NCBI GenBank assembly: GCA_965242505.1
Contig: OZ251449.1
Location: 3,598,630-3,662,629 of the forward strand
Reading direction: 5' to 3'
DNA length: 64,000 nucleotides
Source of the DNA: Alphaproteobacteria bacterium
Lineage (GTDB): Bacteria; Pseudomonadota; Alphaproteobacteria; UBA2966
Below the pieces are notes generated by a model. The model had not been told where the DNA came from. It made no database searches and saw nothing but the letters and a program-made list of their open reading frames with translations. Of this stretch, positions 38,430-47,512 are shown piece by piece; position 1 is the first letter of the stretch; each line of letters starts with the position of its first letter. The position numbers and the translations under genes were made by a program.

Positions 38430-39947
38430 ATGGTCGCGCGGGTGGGCACGGTAGCGTTCCAGGGCGTCGAGGTGCTCGACGTCGACGTGCAGGTGCAGGT
38501 CGCGCGCGGGGTGCCGGCCTTTCGCATCGTCGGCCTGCCCGACAAGGCCGTCGCCGAAAGCCGGGAGCGGGTGCGGGCGGCCCTGTCGGCCATGGGGCTG
38601 GCGCTCCCGGCCAGGCGCATCACCGTCAATCTCTCGCCGGCGGACCTGCTGAAGGAGGGCAGCCATTTCGACCTGCCCATCGCCCTCGGCCTGCTCACGG
38701 CCATGGACGTCGTGCCCGCCGACGCCCTCGACTCCTATGCGGCCCTCGGCGAGCTGGCGCTGGACGGCGCGGTCGCTCCCGTGGCCGGCGCCCTGCCGGC
38801 GGCCATCCACGCCGCGGCGGCCGACCGGGGCCTGGTCTGTCCGGCGCCCTGCGGCGGAGAGGCGGCGTGGGCGGGCGACGTCGAGATCGTGGCCGCGCCG
38901 TCGCTGCTCGCGTTCGTCAACCACGTCAAGGGGACGCAGGTCCTGTCCCGGCCCGAACCGGTGGCGGCGAACGACGCCGCGGCGATCCCGGACCTTCGCG
39001 ACATCAAGGGCCAGGAGAGCGCGAAGCGCGTCCTCGAAGTGGCGGCGGCGGGCGGCCACAACCTGTTGATGTGCGGGCCGCCGGGCTCCGGCAAGTCGAT
39101 GCTGGCGGCGCGGTTGCCGGGCCTGTTGCCGGCGATGGACGCCCACGAGATGCTCGAGGTCAGCATCGTCCAGTCGGTCGCCGGGCTGCTCGCGGGCCGC
39201 GGCCTCACCAACCGCCGGCCGTTCCGCGACCCGCACCATTCCACCTCGCCGGCCGCCATGGTCGGGGGCGGGATCCGGGCCCAGCCCGGGGAGATCTCGC
39301 TCGCCCACAACGGCGTGCTCTTCCTCGACGAGCTGCCGGAGTTTCCGCGGCCCGTCCTCGAATCGCTGCGCCAGCCGCTGGAGGTCGGGCGGATCACCGT
39401 GGCGCGCGCGAACGGGCACGTCACCTACCCGGCGCGGTTCCAGCTCGTCGCCGCCATGAACCCCTGCAAGTGCGGCCACTTCGGCGATCCGGCGCAGGGT
39501 TGCTCGCGGGTCCCGGGCTGCGCCCGCGACTACCAGGCGAGGCTGTCGGGCCCGTTCCTGGACCGCATCGACCTGCGGATCGAGGTGCCGGCGGTCGAGG
39601 TCTCCGATCTCGCGCTCCCGCCTCCCGCGGAGGGGACGGGGGAGGTCGCCGCGCGGGTGGCCACGGCCCGCGAGGTCCAGCGAAGCCGCCTCCGGGACGC
39701 CTCGGCGGGCGCGGTGCGGACCAACGCGGCAATGGACGGCGAACTGCTGGAACGCCTCGCCGCGCCCGACGCCGCCGGCGCGCGGCTGCTGGCCGAGGCG
39801 GCGGAGCGCCTGCGCCTCACCGCCCGGGGCTATCACCGGGTGCTGCGCGTCGCCCGCACCCTCGCCGATCTCGACGGCGCCGGCGGGGTCGGCCGGCTCC
39901 ACGTCGCCGAGGCGCTGAGCTACCGGCGGATGGCGGGGGTCTCCTGA
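38430..39947 (+). CDS. comM: YifB/ComM-family Mg-chelatase-like AAA+ ATPase
   Basis: Start MVARVGT; Walker A GPPGSGKS; Lon-like N-domain; C-terminal conserved region. Confidence 0.85.
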   Translation: MVARVGTVAFQGVEVLDVDVQVQVARGVPAFRIVGLPDKAVAESRERVRAALSAMGLALPARRITVNLSPADLLKEGSHFDLPIALGLLTAMDVVPADALDSYAALGELALDGAVAPVAGALPAAIHAAAADRGLVCPAPCGGEAAWAGDVEIVAAPSLLAFVNHVKGTQVLSRPEPVAANDAAAIPDLRDIKGQESAKRVLEVAAAGGHNLLMCGPPGSGKSMLAARLPGLLPAMDAHEMLEVSIVQSVAGLLAGRGLTNRRPFRDPHHSTSPAAMVGGGIRAQPGEISLAHNGVLFLDELPEFPRPVLESLRQPLEVGRITVARANGHVTYPARFQLVAAMNPCKCGHFGDPAQGCSRVPGCARDYQARLSGPFLDRIDLRIEVPAVEVSDLALPPPAEGTGEVAARVATAREVQRSRLRDASAGAVRTNAAMDGELLERLAAPDAAGARLLAEAAERLRLTARGYHRVLRVARTLADLDGAGGVGRLHVAEALSYRRMAGVS

Positions 39948-40005
39948 ATTGCGGAAATCGCGCGCTTGACCGAAAGAGGTATGAAGGAAAGTGCCGAAAT
40001 AACGC

Positions 40006-40033
40006 TTGACAGTCTCGGCACTCTCATTTAATG
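40006..40033 (+). promoter_or_regulatory. sigma-70-like promoter for IS1595-family transposase
   Basis: TTGACA (40006..40011), 15-16 nt spacer, TTTAAT/TTAATG; followed by an AAGGGGA RBS. Confidence 0.4.
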
Positions 40034-40059
40034 TCCGATTATTTCAAGGGGATATGGAC

Positions 40060-41040
40060 ATGTCGAAGGAAACCCCCAGAAAAGCCTACCGCGAAGGCAT
40101 CAGCATGGTCGAGCTGTTCCGGCGCTGGCCGGACGACGCGACTGCCGAGGCGTGGTTTGTCGCCCGCCGCTGGCCGGAAGGTGGCCACTGCCCGCATTGT
40201 GGCTCGACCGATGTGCAGTCCGGCGCGAAGCATAAGACCATGCCTTACCGCTGCCGGGCGAAGGAATGCGCAAAGCGGTTTTCCGCGAAGACCGGCACGG
40301 TCATGGAAGGCTCAAAGCTTGGCTTCCAAGTCTGGATGATCGCCACTTATCTGCTTTCGACTAGCCTGAAATCGGTTTCGAGCATGAAGCTGCATCGGGA
40401 TTTGAACATCAACCAGCGCAGCGCATGGTTCCTCGCCCATCGGCTGCGGGTCGCCTTGGCTGATCGGGAAGATGTATTCTCTGGCCCGATAGAGGCGGAT
40501 GAGACCTATGTGGGCGGCCGCCGGACCAACATGCCGAAGGCGAAGCGAAAAGAGCAGACAGGCCGCGGCACAGTCGGCAAGACAGCCGTCGTCAGCGTGA
40601 AGGATCGCGCGACAAGTCGTATTCATGTACAAGTCATCCCTTCCACTGATGGCGAAACCCTGCGATCCTTTATCCGCGACCATGCAGGGGAGGGAACCGT
40701 GGTCTACACGGACGGGCGTGGTGGCTACTGCGGGCTGGCGGCCGACTTCAAGCATGAGTCGGTCAATCATTCGGTCGATGAATATGTTCGCGGCATGGCC
40801 CATATGCAGGGCATCAAGAGCTTTTTGGTGATGCTGGATCGGGCGCATAAGGGACCATTCCACAAGTTCTCGCCGAAGTATTTTGACCGGTATGTGCAAA
40901 AAGTCTCTGAGTGCCACAACGCCCGTGACCGGGATATCATCGACATCATGGCGGCCTTCGCGGAAGGCGCGGTTGAGAAGCGTCTCCGCTACCGGGATTT
41001 GATTGCCGACAACAGCCTGCCTTTGGGGGCGCAGTCATGA
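40060..41040 (+). CDS. IS1595-family transposase (zinc-ribbon plus DDE)
   Basis: CPHCGS ... C..C zinc ribbon and an ISXO2-like DDE domain; ATG 40060 (or 40054). Confidence 0.8.
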   Translation: MSKETPRKAYREGISMVELFRRWPDDATAEAWFVARRWPEGGHCPHCGSTDVQSGAKHKTMPYRCRAKECAKRFSAKTGTVMEGSKLGFQVWMIATYLLSTSLKSVSSMKLHRDLNINQRSAWFLAHRLRVALADREDVFSGPIEADETYVGGRRTNMPKAKRKEQTGRGTVGKTAVVSVKDRATSRIHVQVIPSTDGETLRSFIRDHAGEGTVVYTDGRGGYCGLAADFKHESVNHSVDEYVRGMAHMQGIKSFLVMLDRAHKGPFHKFSPKYFDRYVQKVSECHNARDRDIIDIMAAFAEGAVEKRLRYRDLIADNSLPLGAQS

Positions 41041-42434
41041 TCGTGACGGCGGTATCCCCGCATGGAGGACCTACCGAAGAACGACAAGCATTGTCAGCGC
41101 GTTTCGCACCGCGTCTTGTCACCAGTGAGTTCTACTCCCGCAGGGTCGTCTCCTACCAAGGAAACCGTAAGGTGCCGGGCCTCCGGTGGATGAAATACAA
41201 GGAAGGTTTCTCCAGCCAGCTTGTGGCAGAATTGATTGAACAGGAGAATCCGCGCGCGGTTCTCGATCCTTTCGCTGGAATTTGCACAACGCCGCTTATC
41301 GCCGCTGGACAGGGACGCCGAGCAACAGGAATCGAAATCATGCCTGTTGGCGTGTTGGCCGGATCGGCTATTACAGAAGCGGCAAACGGTCTCTCATCGA
41401 GTGATTTCGATGAACATGCTTCTATCTTCTTGCAGTCTGTCAAAACGAAGAAATCTACCTCTGATTTCGCGTTCCCGCATGTGCGGATAACGGAGGGAGC
41501 CTTTTCCGGTGAAACAGAGAGAGAGATTGCCAAGGCAAGGCAATCTCTCTCGGAGATTGATAATGACGGATTGCGCTCACTCTTGGATTTGGCGTGTATG
41601 TCTGTCTTGGAGGAAGCTAGCTACACGCGCAAGGACGGTCAGTATCTCCGTTGGGACCGCAGGGCCAGAAGGTTGCTACGGTCGTCTGTGGATCTGGGTC
41701 CCATCCCCCGATTCTGTGACGCCTTGGAACGGCGGCTTGTGGAGATAGAGGAAGACATTGATTCACTCAAAAAGCAATTCGGGGGCGGAAAACCTAAGCT
41801 GATCATCGGATCATGCCTTGAATTGCTCAAGAGTATACCGGATGGCGAATTCGACATGGTGATTACATCACCGCCCTACGCCAATCGCTACGACTACACC
41901 CGCACATATGCACTAGAACTAGCATGGATGGGATTCGATCAAGGGGATTTTTCAGTGCTTCGCCAACGTATGCTGTCCTCGACGGTGGAAAACAAAACAA
42001 AGAGGGAAATTCTGGCAGGTGCCTATGGAACGGACTGTAGGGTATTTGATCTGGCCGCGCAAATGTATGATGGACAAGGTGCTGTCCATGAGGTGCTAAG
42101 CATTCTTAGGGAGAGAGAAGATGAGTTAAGTAACAAGAATGTACTGAAGCTCATCGAACAGTACTTTTTCGAGATGGCAATCGTCATATCTGAGCTTGGG
42201 CGCATTGTTCGCCCTGGTGGGGTTGTATTCATGGTCAATGACAATGTACAATACCACGGCGAGGAGCTGCCAGTGGATTTCATATTGTCAGATTTTGCCG
42301 AGAATTCTGGCTTTCATTGTGAGAGTATATGGAAGTTGGCCAGAGGCAAGGGGAATTCTAGCCAACAAATGGCTCGTTTCGGTCGCCGTGAACTGCGTAA
42401 ATGTGTTTATAGGTGGGTCCGATCCTATGACTGA
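41037..42434 (+). CDS. DNA methyltransferase (alpha-class N6-adenine/N4-cytosine; motif I LDPFAGICTT, motif IV SPPY)
   Basis: 465-aa ORF whose ATG overlaps the transposase stop (ATGA); about 50% GC. Confidence 0.7.
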   Translation: MIVTAVSPHGGPTEERQALSARFAPRLVTSEFYSRRVVSYQGNRKVPGLRWMKYKEGFSSQLVAELIEQENPRAVLDPFAGICTTPLIAAGQGRRATGIEIMPVGVLAGSAITEAANGLSSSDFDEHASIFLQSVKTKKSTSDFAFPHVRITEGAFSGETEREIAKARQSLSEIDNDGLRSLLDLACMSVLEEASYTRKDGQYLRWDRRARRLLRSSVDLGPIPRFCDALERRLVEIEEDIDSLKKQFGGGKPKLIIGSCLELLKSIPDGEFDMVITSPPYANRYDYTRTYALELAWMGFDQGDFSVLRQRMLSSTVENKTKREILAGAYGTDCRVFDLAAQMYDGQGAVHEVLSILREREDELSNKNVLKLIEQYFFEMAIVISELGRIVRPGGVVFMVNDNVQYHGEELPVDFILSDFAENSGFHCESIWKLARGKGNSSQQMARFGRRELRKCVYRWVRSYD

Positions 42435-43335
42435 CTACGTGCTCCGTTCCCGACTGTTTTCCGACATTCTCACCAAGCGGGAAGACAAAGCACAGCGACG
42501 CCTTATTGATGAATTCACTGACGAGTTAGACTTTGAACCCATTGACGAACTCATGATCAGCTTATCGGCTTGGGAGTATGTACTATCGCTAGGTGTCGCT
42601 CCGAAGGTTGTGTTCGCGCATCCTGATGTCCTCCGATCTCACCCAACGACTTCGCTCTACTATCGAGGCATGGCGCTTCTTTCCCGGAAGCGGGTTGGGC
42701 AGGCGGCCGCATCTGTGATGAATTGGGAGGACGGAACACGTACGATACCGATCCAACAAGACGCGGCCAAAAGGGTCGCCTGTCTCTACAACACCATGAT
42801 TTCGTCGATCATCGAAGGGTCGTCCGACTGGACGCTGGATAACGGCTACAGGAACATCCTTGCCACAATGGGGATTACGCTTGATGGCATGTTCCGCAAT
42901 AAGATCGGCGATATTGCCGAGACTCTTGTCAAAAACCGGATAGTGTCATGGCTGAAAGGTAAAGGACTTATCCCCCCGGATAGTCCGGAATGTGGGCGAT
43001 ACCTGCTGCCCGATGACACGCTCATGCAATACGGCTCGGACCCGGACATAGATTTCGTCAGGCGTGAACGGCTCATTGCTACCATTGAGATCAAAGGTGG
43101 TCGTGATCCCGCCGGTGCTCTCGAACGTCTCGGCGCTATGACAAAGAGCTTCGCCGAAACACCGCCCGGTTGTGTGAACTTTCTAGTCGCAGGCATCATA
43201 ACGCTGGAAATGCAAACGCGGCTCGATGCGATGGGGAATGTCAAAGTCTATCTGCTGGACGACGTCTCTCAAGATGGAGAGCCGTGGGATGACTTCACGA
43301 ATGAAGTCTTCCACCACGCAATCCGCGTGATCTAG
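42427..43335 (+). CDS. type II restriction endonuclease (PD-(D/E)XK; DPDID ... EIK)
   Basis: Start MTDYVLRS overlaps the MTase stop by 8 nt; 302 aa; restriction-enzyme-like block near the C-terminus. Confidence 0.5.
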   Translation: MTDYVLRSRLFSDILTKREDKAQRRLIDEFTDELDFEPIDELMISLSAWEYVLSLGVAPKVVFAHPDVLRSHPTTSLYYRGMALLSRKRVGQAAASVMNWEDGTRTIPIQQDAAKRVACLYNTMISSIIEGSSDWTLDNGYRNILATMGITLDGMFRNKIGDIAETLVKNRIVSWLKGKGLIPPDSPECGRYLLPDDTLMQYGSDPDIDFVRRERLIATIEIKGGRDPAGALERLGAMTKSFAETPPGCVNFLVAGIITLEMQTRLDAMGNVKVYLLDDVSQDGEPWDDFTNEVFHHAIRVI

Positions 43336-43556
43336 CATGGAGGGAGCGATGATCGAGAAACCGAAGCTGCAAGAGGTTGAAGTCGTGCATCCCAACTACC
43401 AGCCGAGTAAGGCTGAATTGGAGGAAGATATGCGGGTCGAGGCGGCCTTCGATGAAGCCGTGGCCGCGCTCTCCCAGCCCGTCAACATCCGCTACATCGA
43501 CCGGCCGCGATGAGCGGCCTTCGGCACTTTCCTACATAACCCCCCCTTCAAAGGAA

Positions 43557-44435
43557 GTGGAGCATTCGCCGGTCTTCTCGTTCGGTTCGGTCGAACTGTA
43601 CGAGGCCGACTGTTTCGCGTGGCTTGAAACGCAGCCCGAGAACAGCGTTCACGGCGTGGTCACCGATCCCCCGTACGGACTGGTCGAATACAGTCCGAAG
43701 GAACAGGAAAAGCTCCGCAACGGCCGAGGGGGAGTCTGGAGGCTCCCGCCCTCGTTCGACGGGCATCGAAGGTCGCCCCTGCCCAGATTCACGACGCTGA
43801 CGCGAAGCGACCTGGACGACATGCGGGAGTTCTTCACGCGCTGGGGAAGGCTCCTTCACGAGGTCCTCGTTCCGGGCGCCCACGTCTTCGTCGCGTCGAA
43901 CCCGCTCGTGTGTCATCGCGTGGCGGACGCCTTGTCCGACGCCGGCCTCGAGGCCAGGGGCGCGATCGCGCGCCTCGTCATGACGATGCGCGGCGGCGAC
44001 AGACCCAAGAACGCGCACGACGAGTTTCCCGACGTGACGGTCATGCCGCGTTCCATGTGGGAGCCGTGGCTCCTGTTCCGGAAACCTCTGGAGGGCAGGG
44101 TTCAGGACAATCTGCGGCGCTGGAAGACCGGCGGGTTGAGGCGCGTATCCGGCCGGCGGCCGTTCGGGGACGTCATCGAATCGCATCCGGCGAGGCCCGC
44201 CGAACGAAGCATCGCCCCGCATCCGTCCCTGAAACCGCAATCGTACCTGCGGCGGATCGTCCGCGCGGCGCTGCCGTTCGGAGAGGGTGTCGTGCTCGAT
44301 CCGTTCGCGGGGTCGGGCTCCACGCTCGCCGCGGCTTCCGCCCTGGGGTACCGGGCGATCGGGATCGAGATCGATCCGGAATACGTTCGGGTCGCCGGGG
44401 AAGCCGCGCCGAAACTGTCGGAACTTTCCGTCTGA
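43557..44435 (+). CDS. DNA methyltransferase (beta-class; DPPY motif IV then LDPFAGSGST motif I)
   Basis: 292 aa assuming a GTG start at 43557 after an AAAGGAAG RBS (no in-frame ATG near the N-terminus); second MTase of the island. Confidence 0.7.
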   Translation: MEHSPVFSFGSVELYEADCFAWLETQPENSVHGVVTDPPYGLVEYSPKEQEKLRNGRGGVWRLPPSFDGHRRSPLPRFTTLTRSDLDDMREFFTRWGRLLHEVLVPGAHVFVASNPLVCHRVADALSDAGLEARGAIARLVMTMRGGDRPKNAHDEFPDVTVMPRSMWEPWLLFRKPLEGRVQDNLRRWKTGGLRRVSGRRPFGDVIESHPARPAERSIAPHPSLKPQSYLRRIVRAALPFGEGVVLDPFAGSGSTLAAASALGYRAIGIEIDPEYVRVAGEAAPKLSELSV

Positions 44436-44504
44436 CGGGCGCTTGGCCCGCAATTCTCGCACCGGCGGAGGATCGAGGAGTGCGCGGCGTTGCGGAACCC
44501 CGAT

Positions 44505-44560
44505 CCACCCCCCCTCCCGACCTCCCCCCTGTCAGGGAGGAGGAGTGTGGATGGCTCTCT
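44505..44560. repeat. REP-like palindromic element
   Basis: CCACCCCCCCTCCCGACCTCCCCCCTGTCAGGGAGGAGGAG. Confidence 0.8.
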
Positions 44561-44668
44561 CCGCGCGTTCCGGACTTGACGGAGTCGTCCGGGTATACTC
44601 CGTTCACGATCGGATCGGCGGCGTCCAGCGCGCGCCCAACATAACCCGAACCGAAAAAGGAGGCTTCG

Positions 44669-45175
44669 ATGGCCTACACGCTCGAAGCGTTCGCCGCCGA
44701 TTGCAAGGCCGCGCTGATCGCGGAACCCGGTCCCGAGGGCCGCGAAAGGATCCGCGGGATGCTGGAACGCGCCTTGACGGACGACGGGTTCATGCGCGCG
44801 CACTTCGGAACCGGCCAGGACTCCGAGCGCAACGTCCTCTACCGGGATCCGGACATGGGTTTCTGCATCGTCGCGCACACCTACGCGGAGGGGACCGCGG
44901 CGGACCCGCACCATCACGGGCCTGCGTGGGCCATCTACGGCCAGGCGGAGGGGATCACGGAGATGACGGACTGGAGGTTGGTGCGGGAACCGGCGGACGG
45001 CGAAGCGGGAAAGGTCGCGGCGGAACGGACCTACACGCTCGAGCCGGGCGACGCCAAGGTCTACAACGAGGGCGACATCCACTCGCCGCGATGGGAGGGG
45101 CCGACCCGCCTGTTGCGGATCGAGGGCCGGGACATGGCCACGGTCCGGCGCGACCCGCTGGAACCGATAGCCTGA
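44669..45175 (+). CDS. cupin-domain protein
   Basis: 168-aa ORF; His-rich metal site (AHTYAEGTAADPHHHGPAWA) in a cupin fold. Confidence 0.5.
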   Translation: MAYTLEAFAADCKAALIAEPGPEGRERIRGMLERALTDDGFMRAHFGTGQDSERNVLYRDPDMGFCIVAHTYAEGTAADPHHHGPAWAIYGQAEGITEMTDWRLVREPADGEAGKVAAERTYTLEPGDAKVYNEGDIHSPRWEGPTRLLRIEGRDMATVRRDPLEPIA

Positions 45176-45204
45176 CCCGGATCGCGCGGCGTTGCGGGGC
45201 CGCG

Positions 45205-45300
45205 TCCACCCCCCCTCCCGACCTCCCCCTCTTCTTCTCCCTCCCCCTGGCGGGGGGAGGGTCGGGGTGGGGGTTGCGCCAGGGGGGAGGAGCGCGGACG
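45205..45300. repeat. REP-like palindromic element
   Basis: Same family modules. Confidence 0.8.
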
Positions 45301-45347
45301 GATCCCGCGGCGCGCCTGAAGGAGGAAGGACAACGACGCTGAAGCGG

Positions 45348-46700
45348 ATGAAGCCGTGGTTCGCCGCCGCCGCCGTCTATCGGCATCCCCGGGTCGTCGC
45401 GATCCTGTTCCTCGGGTTTTCGAGCGGGCTGCCGCTGGCGCTCACGGGCCAGACGCTGTCGCTGTGGCTCAAGGACGAAGGGCTGTCGCTCACCGCCATC
45501 GGGCTGTTCGCGGCGGTCGGCACGCCCTACGCGCTCAAGTTCCTCTGGGCGCCGGTGATGGACAAGGCGCGTATTCCGATACTCACGGCGATGCTCGGTC
45601 GCCGCCGCTCGTGGCTGATCGCCGCCCAGGCGGCCCTGATCGCGGCGACGCTCGCGCTCGGCTTCAGCGGCCCCGCGACGAACGTGGGCCTCGCCGCCGT
45701 CCTGGCGCTGGCGGTGGCGTTCGCGTCGGCGAGCCAGGACATCGTCATCGACGCCTATCGGGTCGAGATCCTCGAGGAACGCCAGCTCGCCGCCGGCGCC
45801 GCCGCCATCGTGTTCGGCTATCGCGTCGGAATGCTCGTGTCCGGGGCGGGCGCCCTCTACCTGGCGAGCGCCGTCGCGTGGCCCGTCGTCTACGCGGCGA
45901 TGGCCGCCCTGGTCCTCGTGGGGGCCGCCACGACGCTGCTCAATCCCGAGCCGGCCGCGCGGGCGGCGCCCGATTCCCTCGCCCGGGAGGCGGAGGTCGA
46001 GGCGTGGCTCGCCGGCCGGCCCCGCCTGTCGGGGCGGCTGGGCGCCGCCCTCGGCTGGCTCTACGTCGCCGTCGTCTGCCCGTTCGCCGAGTTCATGGCC
46101 CGCCCGGCGTGGGTCGCCATCCTGCTGTTCGTGGTGTTCTACAAGTTCGGCGATTCGCTGGCCGGCGTCATGACGTTCCCCTTTCTCGACGACATCGGGT
46201 TCGCCAAGATCGACATCGCCAACGTGGCGAAGGTGTTCGGCTTCGCGGCGACGCTCGCGGGCCTCGCCCTCGGCGGGGCCCTGATGGCGGGCGTGGGCCT
46301 CTACGGCAGCCTCTGGATATGCGGCGTCCTGCAACTGGCGTCGAACCTGATGTTCGCGGTCCAGGCCGCGGCGGGCGCCGACCTGGCGTTGCTGGCGGTC
46401 ACCATCGGCCTCGAGAACCTGGCCGGCGGCATGGGGACGGCGGTGTTCGTCGCCTACCTCTCGTCGCTCTGCAACGTCGCCTACACGGCGACGCAGTACG
46501 CGCTGCTGTCTTCGTTCATGGTGACCGCCCGCACGTGGCTGTCCTCGTCGGGGGGCGCGCTGGCCGAGTGGCTCGACTGGGTCGGCTTCTTCGTCCTCAC
46601 GACCGGGGCGGCCGTCCCCGGCCTGATCCTGTTGTGGTGGCTCGGCCGGGCCGGGATGCGCGCGCGGCCCGGAGACGGGAACCGTCCGGACCCGGCCTGA
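45348..46700 (+). CDS. ampG: AmpG-family muropeptide MFS transporter
   Basis: ATG 45348 after a GGAGGAAGGA RBS; 12-TM MFS with AmpG signature (GFSSGLPLAL ... LWAP). Confidence 0.8.
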   Translation: MKPWFAAAAVYRHPRVVAILFLGFSSGLPLALTGQTLSLWLKDEGLSLTAIGLFAAVGTPYALKFLWAPVMDKARIPILTAMLGRRRSWLIAAQAALIAATLALGFSGPATNVGLAAVLALAVAFASASQDIVIDAYRVEILEERQLAAGAAAIVFGYRVGMLVSGAGALYLASAVAWPVVYAAMAALVLVGAATTLLNPEPAARAAPDSLAREAEVEAWLAGRPRLSGRLGAALGWLYVAVVCPFAEFMARPAWVAILLFVVFYKFGDSLAGVMTFPFLDDIGFAKIDIANVAKVFGFAATLAGLALGGALMAGVGLYGSLWICGVLQLASNLMFAVQAAAGADLALLAVTIGLENLAGGMGTAVFVAYLSSLCNVAYTATQYALLSSFMVTARTWLSSSGGALAEWLDWVGFFVLTTGAAVPGLILLWWLGRAGMRARPGDGNRPDPA

Positions 46701-46840
46701 ACCGCCCTCGATGCGCCGCGCGAAGGTCTCGGCGCCGCCCCCGCGTCCCGGAACGGGGCGAGGACGGACGATTGCCATCCGGGAATCGCCCGCTACACTC
46801 GGCGCCGCGGGTCGGGACGATCGAAGGGCGAGGAGGCGCC

Positions 46841-47512
46841 ATGCCGGCGACGGTGGCGGGATATCCGGCGCTGACGGAGCGCAGCCGCGGCTGGCTTCGC
46901 TACCTCCACCGCAAGGCGACGACCCCGGACGACTGGGACAGGAACGGCCGGCCCCATCCCCACTGGGACAACGTCAGCGGCGAGCCGAGGCGTTCCTGGC
47001 ATCGTTTCGACCTGTTCGAGTCGAGCTACGCCATGGGCCTCATGTGCGACGCCACGCCGGCCTGGCGCGAGGTCTACGGCGCCGTCCTCGACGAGCTCGC
47101 GTTCCGCTATACGGGCTGGTGGGCGGCGGAGGACTGGCTCACGCAGATCGGCGAGGACCCGCGCCGGGACCGGTATCCGGAGGAATGGCGCGAGGCCTGG
47201 ATTCCCCCGTTCCTGCGCGGCCGTTACGACACGCCCGGCTGGACCGCCGACGGAGTCGAGCCCTGGGGCCGCCAGATCGACCCCATCCGGGCCGACGGCG
47301 CGCTGTGGCTCAAGGGGAACTTCCTCATCGTCCTCGGGCTGCACAGGTACGTCACCGGCGACGACAAGTGGAACGCGCCCTTCGAGACGATCCGCGACGG
47401 CGAGAACACCTTCACCTGGACCTATTCCGGCGTCGCCGAGCACCTCGCCCGGCAGTGGTCGTCGCGGCCCGAGGGGTGCCACTGCGAGAACACCAAGATC
47501 TGGCCCATATGA
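46841..47512 (+). CDS. hypothetical protein, N-terminal segment (223 aa) ending at in-frame TGA
   Basis: ATG 46841 after a GAGGAGG RBS; same reading frame continues after TGA 47510..47512. Confidence 0.5.
   Translation: MPATVAGYPALTERSRGWLRYLHRKATTPDDWDRNGRPHPHWDNVSGEPRRSWHRFDLFESSYAMGLMCDATPAWREVYGAVLDELAFRYTGWWAAEDWLTQIGEDPRRDRYPEEWREAWIPPFLRGRYDTPGWTADGVEPWGRQIDPIRADGALWLKGNFLIVLGLHRYVTGDDKWNAPFETIRDGENTFTWTYSGVAEHLARQWSSRPEGCHCENTKIWPI

Noticed and set aside
40006-40059. Transposase starting at the TTG (40006) or first ATG (40054) given by the ORF track
   Set aside because: The AAGGGGA RBS is optimally spaced only for ATG 40060, and the upstream stretch coincides with the predicted promoter.
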